DNA from: a virus
Length of the DNA: 43,223 nucleotides
Direction: 5' to 3' (one strand)
Virus record (IMG/VR): IMGVR_UViG_3300020112_000447
Location: 1 to 43,223 of that record
Part shown: positions 7,599 to 15,337 of the stretch, piece by piece
Numbering within the stretch: position 1 is the first letter of the stretch
Layout of the letters: every line of letters begins with the position of its first letter
The notes under the pieces: generated by a model
Database searches by the model: none
The model's input: only the letters and a program-made list of their open reading frames with translations
Told to the model about the DNA's origin: nothing
Made by a program: the position numbers and the translations under genes

Positions 7599-8882
7599 GT
7601 GGATATAATATCAAAGAAATTGGCAGACATAAAGCCATATGAAAAGAATCCAAGAAAGAATGATGAAGCGGTAAAGTATGTCGCAGAATCTATCAAGGAA
7701 TTCGGATTCAAAGTACCTATCGTAATTGACAAGGACAATATTATAGTTGCAGGTCATACAAGATACAAAGCAGCAAAGCACCTTAAAATGGAATAAGTTC
7801 CATGCATAGTTGCAGATGATTTGACAGATACACAGATACAGGCATTCAGACTTGCAGATAACAAGGTCGCAGAAAAATCTGAGTGGGATTTGGAATTGTT
7901 ATCAGGGGAAATGGAACAACTACTCAATCTTGACTTTGATATGACAGTGTTCGGATTTGAACTTGATGAACCTGAAGAAGAAGAGATAGTAGAAGAAGAT
8001 GGATTTGATGAAGAACTACCTGAAGAACCAAAGTCAAAGCCAGGAGAGATATATCAGCTAGGTGACCACAGACTTATGTGTGGGGATAGCACATCAGAAG
8101 CAGATGTAGAAAAGCTTATGGATGGCAATGAAGCTGATATGGTTCTCACAGATCCACCTTACAATGTGAATATATCGAATAGCAAGGGCATGACCATAGA
8201 GAATGACAACATGGATAGTTCTCAGTTCCTGGACTTCTTAACAGATGCATTTGCTAACATTCAGAAGGCACTCAAACCAGGGGGTGTCTTTTATATTTGG
8301 TTTGCATCAAGAGAGCATGTCAACTTTGAAAAGGCACTGAACAATAACAACCTGATAGTAAGGCAGGAACTGATATGGAACAAGAATTCATTGGTGCTTT
8401 CAAGACAGGACTATCAGTGGAAACACGAACCATGTCTGTATGGGTGGAAAGATGGTGCTGCTCACTACTTCATAGATGATAGAACGCAGACAACTGTCAT
8501 AGAAGATTAGAAGCCAAACATCAAGCAGATGAAGAAGGAAGAAATGGCAAAGCTTCTTGAAGAAATATTCAGTGATAAACTAAGCACAACAGTAATCAAC
8601 GAAGATAAGCCTTCAAACAATGACTTGCATCCAACAATGAAACCATTGAAGCTGATGGGCAGACAGATAGCGAACAGTTCTCGCTATGGGGAAATTGTCC
8701 TTGATTTATTCGGTGGAAGTGGCTCAACATTAATGGCTTGTGAACAGTTAGGAAGAAAATGCTTCACAATGGAATACGATCCAAAGTATGTTGATGTAAT
8801 CATTCAAAGATGGGAAGATTTCACAGGCAAGAAGGCGGTGTTACTTAATGGAAGTACTAAAAATACTGAAAAAGCTGTATAA
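7599..8882 (+). pseudogene. ParB-like nuclease domain fused to a beta-class N6A/N4C DNA methyltransferase, single frame interrupted by TAA (7794-7796) and TAG (8508-8510)
   Basis: The three tracked ORFs (7599, 7821, 8529) share one frame. The protein reads continuously: ...GHTRYKAAKHLKME*VPCIVADDLTDTQIQAFRLADNK...LTDPPYNV...TTVIED*KPNIKQM...HPTMKP...LDLFGGSGSTLMACEQLGR. Confidence 0.8.
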
Positions 8883-9042
8883 GCAGAAGAAGATAACAAA
8901 ACAACAATATTCAACTTATAAAGGGCAAGCGTTTCATGGTGATGAAATCGGCTGCATTACAGAGCTAAAGCGAAAGCATCTTATATCAGATGCAAAAGCT
9001 GATGCCCTTATTTTGAATGTAAAGCTTGCCTATACAGAATAG
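8848..9042 (+). CDS. Hypothetical protein
   Basis: ORF only. Confidence 0.35.
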   Translation: MEVLKILKKLYKQKKITKQQYSTYKGQAFHGDEIGCITELKRKHLISDAKADALILNVKLAYTE

Positions 9043-9049
9043 GCAGGTG

Positions 9050-9451
9050 ATGGAAATGGCCAATGAAGATAATTTGCTGAAAGCAGAAGAGTTAACTTCG
9101 GCTGAACTTCGAGATAGGGCAAAGAAGGGTGGAATTGCATCAGGGAAAGCAAGAAGAGAAAAGAAGCAATTCAGGGAAACACTTGAAGCAATACTCTTCA
9201 TGCCAATGAGAGAAGGCAGGAGTGCATCAGTTGATGAAATAAAGAACTTTGCAGCCATAAAGGGCAAGAATATATCAGTGCAGGAAGCAATCCTTCTATC
9301 CCAGGTGCAGAAGGCCATGAAGGGAGATACAAGGGCAGCTGAATATGTGCGTGATACCATAGGACAGAAACCATCAGATAAGCTTGATTTGAATGCAGAT
9401 GTTGATATGGAATTGAACATCAATATTGATTATGGTGATGGGAATGAATAG
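9050..9451 (+). CDS. terS: Terminase small subunit (putative)
   Basis: Sits directly upstream of terL. The basic KKGGIASGKARREKK segment is typical of Firmicutes phage TerS. Start is ATG 9050 or 9056. Confidence 0.6.
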   Translation: MEMANEDNLLKAEELTSAELRDRAKKGGIASGKARREKKQFRETLEAILFMPMREGRSASVDEIKNFAAIKGKNISVQEAILLSQVQKAMKGDTRAAEYVRDTIGQKPSDKLDLNADVDMELNINIDYGDGNE

Positions 9452-9719
9452 ACATGGCAAGGGGAACAAGAAGGCTCAAAATAAAAGGCGAAAAGAAAGA
9501 AGCAAGAACCTGCCACCAAAGCAAGCAGAAAAGGTTGAACTGATAGATGGCAACTTCTCATATTATCCTGTGGGCTATTGTTGGAGTCATGGGGCATACC
9601 TTACGCAAGGCCTAGTCAATACACACAGGTGCGACAAGAGAAAATGCAAGGGGTTTGAAAAGGTGGTGAATGCTGATGAATCTGACAGTGAAGATGAATC
9701 CAAGCTTCAAGGAAGTTGA
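9444..9719 (+). CDS. Hypothetical basic Cys/His protein between terS and terL
   Basis: MNRHGKGNKKAQNKRRKERSK...CWSHG...HRCDKRKCKG. Overlaps both neighbouring genes. Confidence 0.4.
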   Translation: MNRHGKGNKKAQNKRRKERSKNLPPKQAEKVELIDGNFSYYPVGYCWSHGAYLTQGLVNTHRCDKRKCKGFEKVVNADESDSEDESKLQGS

Positions 9720-10935
9720 CAGAAGCGAGAAAAGATACATCGTCATGAAAGGAAGTGCAGGTTCAGGGAAGAGTGTTGATACAGCACTTAATTATATTCT
9801 AAGGCTTATGAATGACAAGGGTAGAAACCTGGTCTGCATCCGTAAATCTGACATAACAAACAGAGATAGCACCTATGCAGAATTAACAGGTGCAATTTAT
9901 AAGATGTTCGGTGATAAGGCTGATAAGTATTGGAACATTAAACAAAGTCCTTTGCAGCTTACATTCAGGAAGAATGGCAATCAGATAATCTTCAGGGGTG
10001 TGAATGATGAAAAGCAAAGGGAAAAACTGAAATCAATTACATTTCAAAAGGGAAAGCTTACAGATGTGTGGATAGAAGAAGCCACAGAGATAACACAAGC
10101 AGACTTTGAAATAATAGATGATAGATTGCGTGGTGAACTTCCACCTGATCAGTTCTATCAAATCAGAATGACTTTCAATCCTGTGAACAAGAACCATTGG
10201 ATAAAGAAAGTCTTTTTTGATATTCCTGATGCAAATGTACTGACACATCACTCAACATACCTGGGCAATAGATTCATAGATGAAGCATACAAGGCCAGGA
10301 TGGAAAGAAGAAGGCTCGTGGATCCTGAAGGATATCAGATATATGGCCTCGGAGAGTGGGGCGAGATTGGTGGACTTATTATTCACAATTGGGAAGTCAA
10401 GGATATATCACTGAATCTAAATGATTATGATGATATATCCATAGGGCAGGACTTCGGATTCAATCATGCCAATGCAATCCTTCTTCTTGGCATTAAGGAT
10501 GATAACATCTATATTCTGCAAGAAGTATATTGCTTTGAGAAGGAAACCGCAGAAATCATACCACTTGCAGAAGATGCAGAGATACCTAAGAACAAGGAAA
10601 TGTGGTGTGATTCCGCAGAGCCTGACAGAATAAAGACCTGGAAGAATGCAGGGTACAGAGCAAAGGGTGTTGATAAAGGCGGTACGCAAGGCTCTGTCAA
10701 AGCACAGATAGATTGGCTGAAGGGCATAGTCAAGAAGGACAAGGTCATAAAGCGAATGATATATGTGCATCCCCACTGTGTGAATACAATCAAGGAATTG
10801 CAGCAGTGGAAATGGAAGAAGGATGAAAAGACAGGTGAATACCTTGATGAACCTGTAGCATTCCAGGATGATGCAATGGCAGCACTAAGATATGGCATTG
10901 AAAGGTGGAGAAAGAAAAAGAGAGTCACCATCTGA
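9670..10935 (+). CDS. terL: Terminase large subunit (PBSX/SPP1-like, headful type)
   Basis: Walker A motif MKGSAGSGKS, a C-terminal nuclease region with conserved acidic residues, and typical size and position. Confidence 0.9.
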   Translation: MLMNLTVKMNPSFKEVDRSEKRYIVMKGSAGSGKSVDTALNYILRLMNDKGRNLVCIRKSDITNRDSTYAELTGAIYKMFGDKADKYWNIKQSPLQLTFRKNGNQIIFRGVNDEKQREKLKSITFQKGKLTDVWIEEATEITQADFEIIDDRLRGELPPDQFYQIRMTFNPVNKNHWIKKVFFDIPDANVLTHHSTYLGNRFIDEAYKARMERRRLVDPEGYQIYGLGEWGEIGGLIIHNWEVKDISLNLNDYDDISIGQDFGFNHANAILLLGIKDDNIYILQEVYCFEKETAEIIPLAEDAEIPKNKEMWCDSAEPDRIKTWKNAGYRAKGVDKGGTQGSVKAQIDWLKGIVKKDKVIKRMIYVHPHCVNTIKELQQWKWKKDEKTGEYLDEPVAFQDDAMAALRYGIERWRKKKRVTI

Positions 10936-11069
10936 TGCCCCTGTGGTTGCGTGTGTTTGCCTGTAAGCCCACAAAAGATAAAAGACGTATTAATTTACCT
11001 ATTACAAGATAAAAGCCCAAAATGGGGCAAATTTGAAAGCAATGAATATGAGTAAGGGGGTAAATTAAT

Positions 11070-11723
11070 ATGTCAGAATTAGAACCAATTACAAGAGAAG
11101 AACAGTATCTAGGACACATGACAGGGTTGTGCGATTCAATGCCTGATCCAATAACCAGGGAAGAAAGACTTCTCTCAGAACTGTGCAGGTGCGTGAAAAG
11201 TGAAGTCAATTATCCCAAGGATCCTGAAGGCCGTATTGACTATGGAGAAGAAGGACAGATACTTGCATCAAATGGTGCAGGCGGTGTGGTATGGGCAGAC
11301 CTGCCATGGGTTAGTGAGTGGAAGCAGAGCATTATAGGAATCCTGGAAGGGAATATGGCAGAGCCACTTCTGCCAAGGGAATTGTCAGCAATCAATTCAA
11401 GGGCATTCTATGGAAATACTGTGGTAGCCTATACAAGCCTTCCTGATGCTATAACTTACATAGGTACAGGTGCTTTTAGTGGTTGCACATCACTAGGATT
11501 GGTAAAGCTTCCTAAGAGCCTTGACACATTAGGAAATGCAAGCTTCAGGGGATGCACAGGACTTACTGAATTAACATTCCAAAGCAAACCAACATTTATA
11601 TCAATAAATGCGTTTTCAGTATGCGATAATCTTGTAACAATCAATGTTCCTTGGAATGAAGGTGAAGTTGCAAATGCTCCATGGGGGGCTACAAATGCAA
11701 CTATAAATTACAACTACGAATGA
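11070..11723 (+). CDS. BspA-like leucine-rich-repeat protein with duplicated PITREE(Q/R) N-terminal motif
   Basis: IGTGAFSGCTSLGLVKLPKSLDTLGNASFRGCTGLTELTF...INAFSVCDNL shows LRR_5-type repeats. EPITREEQYL and DPITREERLL are duplicated at the N-terminus. Confidence 0.65.
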   Translation: MSELEPITREEQYLGHMTGLCDSMPDPITREERLLSELCRCVKSEVNYPKDPEGRIDYGEEGQILASNGAGGVVWADLPWVSEWKQSIIGILEGNMAEPLLPRELSAINSRAFYGNTVVAYTSLPDAITYIGTGAFSGCTSLGLVKLPKSLDTLGNASFRGCTGLTELTFQSKPTFISINAFSVCDNLVTINVPWNEGEVANAPWGATNATINYNYE

Positions 11724-11732
11724 TGAAAGAAG

Positions 11733-13256
11733 GTGAACAAATTGCTAACTGTCGAAGAAATAAAGCAATTCATCAATGAAGATGCTGCATCTGACAAAAA
11801 GAGATTTGCCAGGAAGGGGCAGGCATACTACGATGGTGACCATGACATAAAAGACTACAGGCTTTTCTATTACAATGCAGATGGTGTTCTAGTGGAAGAT
11901 AAGACAAGAAGCAACGTGAAAATATCGCATGCATTCTTCACTGAATTAGTAGACCAGGCTGTTCAATATATGCTTTCAGGGAAGGATGGTCTTATAAAGT
12001 CTGACATTCCTGAGTTACAGACAGAACTCGATAACTACTTCAATGAAAATGAAGATTTCACTGCAGAACTATCAGAAGTACTGACAGGATGCCAGGCAAA
12101 AGGCTTTGAATATATGTACGCATACAAGGATGAGAATGATAGAATCGCATTCATGTGTGCAGATTCAATCGGTGTCATTGAAGTAAGAGCCAAGGACACT
12201 GACAGCAATGCAGACCATGTTATCTATTGGTACATAGACAGAATAGAAAAAGGCCAAAAGAAGATAAAAAGAATTCAAGTATGGGATGAAATGCAGACAG
12301 AATTCTTTGTGCAGACAAATGATGGTGAGATTGAAAAGGACAAGGATGAACCTATCAATCCAAAACCACACACTATATACACACAGGAAGGGGATGAAAA
12401 AACCTACTATGAAGGGTTTGGTTTCATTCCTTTTTTCAGGTTAGACAACAACAAGAAGCAATTCTCAGGGCTTAAAACTGTCAAGGATTTGATTGATGAT
12501 TATGACCTGCATGCTTCAGGACTTACAAATAATCTTCTTGATTTTGACATGCCAATGTATGTTGTAAAGGGCTTTGAAGGTGATTCAATGGAAGAATTGA
12601 TTCAGAACGTCAAAACCAAGAAGATGATAGGAATGGAAGCCACAGATTCAGCTGCAGGTGTTGATATCAAGACAGTAGACATACCATACCAGGCAAGAAT
12701 GGCAAAGCTTGAGCATGATGAGAAGTGCATATATAGGTTCGGTATGGGCTTGAATACAGCAGGTCTGAAAGATACCAATGCAACAACAAACATTGCAATC
12801 AAGGCAGCATATTCACTCCTGGATTTGAAGTGTTCCAAGCTTGAAATCAGATTGAAACAGTTCCTTAGAAAAATACTGAAGGCTGTTATTCAGGAAATCA
12901 ATGATATCAATGGCACTGATTATCAGCAGAAGGATGTGTATTTCTGCTTTGAGCATGAAGTAATGTCAAATGCACAGGAGAATGCACAGATAGAACTTAC
13001 AGAAGCCCAGGAACAGCAGACAAGAATAACAACACTTCTGAACATTGCAGCACAGCTTGATTCTGAAACACTTATACAGATGATATGTGATGTACTTGAT
13101 ATTGATTATGATGATATCAAGGACAAGCTGCCAAAGGATGAAGAAGCAGATACACAGAATGCACAGAATGCATTGAATGGCATCCAGGTCGAAGGTGGTG
13201 ATGTAGGTGGCGAGATTAACGAAGGAACAGAAGGAAGTCCTTCAATCACAGCTTGA
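11733..13256 (+). CDS. Portal protein (SPP1 gp6-like)
   Basis: Size and position after terL, with an acidic C-terminus. Start is uncertain (GTG 11733 or TTG 11742 after AGGTGA). Confidence 0.85.
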   Translation: MNKLLTVEEIKQFINEDAASDKKRFARKGQAYYDGDHDIKDYRLFYYNADGVLVEDKTRSNVKISHAFFTELVDQAVQYMLSGKDGLIKSDIPELQTELDNYFNENEDFTAELSEVLTGCQAKGFEYMYAYKDENDRIAFMCADSIGVIEVRAKDTDSNADHVIYWYIDRIEKGQKKIKRIQVWDEMQTEFFVQTNDGEIEKDKDEPINPKPHTIYTQEGDEKTYYEGFGFIPFFRLDNNKKQFSGLKTVKDLIDDYDLHASGLTNNLLDFDMPMYVVKGFEGDSMEELIQNVKTKKMIGMEATDSAAGVDIKTVDIPYQARMAKLEHDEKCIYRFGMGLNTAGLKDTNATTNIAIKAAYSLLDLKCSKLEIRLKQFLRKILKAVIQEINDINGTDYQQKDVYFCFEHEVMSNAQENAQIELTEAQEQQTRITTLLNIAAQLDSETLIQMICDVLDIDYDDIKDKLPKDEEADTQNAQNALNGIQVEGGDVGGEINEGTEGSPSITA

Positions 13257-14880
13257 TGAAGAAAAAGAACTGATAAGACGGCTCAAATTGGTATATGGCC
13301 AAGCACAGGATGATTGTGTAAATAAAATCATTGACCTTGCAAGAAGAAGGGATATGGAAAACCTTCAAACAATCATATACCAAAAGCAATACCAGGAAGT
13401 GCTGAAGAAACAGCTTGATACAATCCTAGATCAGCTTCATACAAATGAATTTAGCAGCATATCAGAATACCTTACAAAGTGCTATGAAGAAGGCTTTATT
13501 GGTACTATGTACGATATAGCAGGGCAGGGAATACCATTTATAATACCAATTGACCAAAAGCAGGTAGTAAGGGCGGTTCAGTTAGATTCAAAGCTGAAAG
13601 AGAGTTTATATAAGAGTTTAGGTGAAGATGTCACAGAACTAAAAAAGGCCGTCAGGATTGAAGTGGCAAGGGGCATAGCAAATGGTTCTTCGTGGCTTGA
13701 TGTAGGCGAAAAGCTATCCAAGAACATGAAGCATACACCTTTTAATAAGGCAATCAACAATTCAATAAGGATAGCAAGAACTGAAGGGCATAGAATACAG
13801 AACCAGGCAGCCCTGGATGCACAGTACAAGGCAAAAGAAAAAGGTGCAGATGTTGTAAAGCAATGGGATTCTACCTTGGATGGCAAAACAAGATATACAC
13901 ACAGGCTATTAGATGGACAGTTAAGAGAACTAGAAGAACCATTTGAAGTCAGTGGCAAGAAAGCAGATGCACCTGGTCTATTTGGGGATCCAGGGGAAGA
14001 TTGTAATTGCAGATGTGCCTTGTTACAAAGGACAAGGTGGGCATTGGATGATGATGAACTCCAGGCACTGAGAGAAAAGGCAGCATTTCATGGTGTACTT
14101 GTTGATGATAGCAAGGAATATGGCCATGCAAAAGCAAAAGACTTCTCTGATTACTTTAACAAGTATAAGCAAGGTGCAGAAAGTGTCCGAAGTGGCTCAC
14201 AAAAGATAAATAAGATGGCTGTTAGCACCAATATAAAAAATGATTGGAGCAAAACTACACCTAGATTAGTTTCAAAAGAAGAAAAGCAACAAATCTCTGA
14301 ATATGCAGAAAGTAAAGGGATACACATTCATGATATTAGTAAATTTGATGGTGATTCCAAAATATTAAAATCAGAAATAGATGTATTAAGTAAATTAAAA
14401 AATGAATATTCAATCAGTAAAAATATCACTGTAACAGTCAGTGGCAATCTTTCTGATGATGATTTTGCAATAAGAACTAATTCAACTATCACATTTAATG
14501 CAAAAGCATTAAGAGATAGAAGCATAACTGAAATAAATATAAAGAGTGGTGGTAATTTCGCATCTACAAAGGTTGAAGATATAGCAGCACATGAATTTGG
14601 ACATATTATTGCTTCTATCAAAGGAAATAAAGGTGTTGAAATTACACAACAAGCATATTATAATATCTATAATAAAAGTATTAGTATTGATGAAGCATTG
14701 GAATATCTTGAAAACAATATTTCATTATATGCTACAACATATACTGGCAATAAAAAAGATATTAGATTCCATACAAAATTTTATAGTGAAATCATTTCTG
14801 AAGTTTTGGCAAAAAATAATTCAAATGCAAATGAATTCACAAAGGAATTTGTTAGACTGTTGAAAGGAGGTGCAACATAA
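13207..14880 (+). CDS. MuF/SPP1 gp7-like minor head protein fused to a C-terminal HExxH (HEFGH) metalloprotease-like domain
   Basis: MuF core: IRIARTEGHRIQNQ...WDSTLDGKTRYTHRLLDGQ...PGEDCNCRCALL. The C-terminal ~230 aa are encoded by visibly AT-richer DNA and contain AAHEFGHIIAS (14590-14604) plus a downstream FYSEIISEV, reminiscent of the anthrax lethal factor HEFGH...E arrangement. Confidence 0.8.
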   Translation: MARLTKEQKEVLQSQLDEEKELIRRLKLVYGQAQDDCVNKIIDLARRRDMENLQTIIYQKQYQEVLKKQLDTILDQLHTNEFSSISEYLTKCYEEGFIGTMYDIAGQGIPFIIPIDQKQVVRAVQLDSKLKESLYKSLGEDVTELKKAVRIEVARGIANGSSWLDVGEKLSKNMKHTPFNKAINNSIRIARTEGHRIQNQAALDAQYKAKEKGADVVKQWDSTLDGKTRYTHRLLDGQLRELEEPFEVSGKKADAPGLFGDPGEDCNCRCALLQRTRWALDDDELQALREKAAFHGVLVDDSKEYGHAKAKDFSDYFNKYKQGAESVRSGSQKINKMAVSTNIKNDWSKTTPRLVSKEEKQQISEYAESKGIHIHDISKFDGDSKILKSEIDVLSKLKNEYSISKNITVTVSGNLSDDDFAIRTNSTITFNAKALRDRSITEINIKSGGNFASTKVEDIAAHEFGHIIASIKGNKGVEITQQAYYNIYNKSISIDEALEYLENNISLYATTYTGNKKDIRFHTKFYSEIISEVLAKNNSNANEFTKEFVRLLKGGAT

Positions 14881-15026
14881 TGAGAAAACTTGATTTATAT
14901 TGGAAGAGTAATCGTGATTGGTGGGAATTTAAGAACCATATTCAGGTTATAAAAGATGATGCACCACCTGAAGCACAGGAAAGCTACAAGAGATATCTAA
15001 AACAAATGGAAGAAAACAATAATTAA
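14880..15026 (+). CDS. 48-aa ORF translationally coupled to the MuF fusion (candidate immunity or accessory protein)
   Basis: TAATG overlap with the MuF stop. Sequence is MRKLDLYWKSNRDWWEFKNHIQVIKDDAPPEAQESYKRYLKQMEENNN. Followed by a terminator. Below the ORF-track length cutoff. Confidence 0.45.
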   Translation: MRKLDLYWKSNRDWWEFKNHIQVIKDDAPPEAQESYKRYLKQMEENNN

Positions 15027-15051
15027 AGCATCCTTCACAGGGTGCTTTTTT
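15025..15051 (+). terminator. Rho-independent terminator
   Basis: AAAGCATCC-ttcaca-GGGTGCTTT stem (one G-U pair) followed by a T-run. Confidence 0.6.
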
Positions 15052-15070
15052 AGTGCAGAAAGGTAAATAC

Positions 15071-15283
15071 ATGATAAGCTTTATAAGGTATTTTTTATTA
15101 GAGTGGCGAATCTTCCCAGGATTCAGATGGTTCTGCGAGAGCAGGGGCATTGATTGGAAAGAGAACTACGAGAACAGACTTGATTATTCCTGGAAGCTTG
15201 CAAAGATAAGGAATGCACACAGGGATAGATACAGTAGGAAATGCACAGGAGAATGCGAGCAATGCAAAGCAAAGCATTGTTGA
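15071..15283 (+). CDS. Small standalone ORF with Cys-rich C-terminus (moron-like)
   Basis: MISFIRYFLLEWRIFPGFRWF...CTGECEQCKAKHC. Terminators flank it on both sides. The tracked start at 15053 is GTG. Confidence 0.35.
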   Translation: MISFIRYFLLEWRIFPGFRWFCESRGIDWKENYENRLDYSWKLAKIRNAHRDRYSRKCTGECEQCKAKHC

Positions 15284-15286
15284 TTT

Positions 15287-15315
15287 AGACCATGATAAAA
15301 ACATGGTCTTTTTTA
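15287..15315 (+). terminator. Rho-independent terminator
   Basis: AGACCATG-ataaaaa-CATGGTCT followed by TTTTTT. Confidence 0.75.
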
Positions 15316-15337
15316 CTGAAGAGAAAGGAAAAAGGCT

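Noticed and set aside
7794-8510. In-frame TAA and TAG as evidence of genome-wide stop-codon reassignment
   Set aside because: TAA, TAG and TGA all terminate well-conserved genes at the expected lengths throughout the genome (for example SSB ends in TAG, RusA in TGA, and MuF in TAA). No other gene shows in-frame stops, and no suppressor tRNA was seen.
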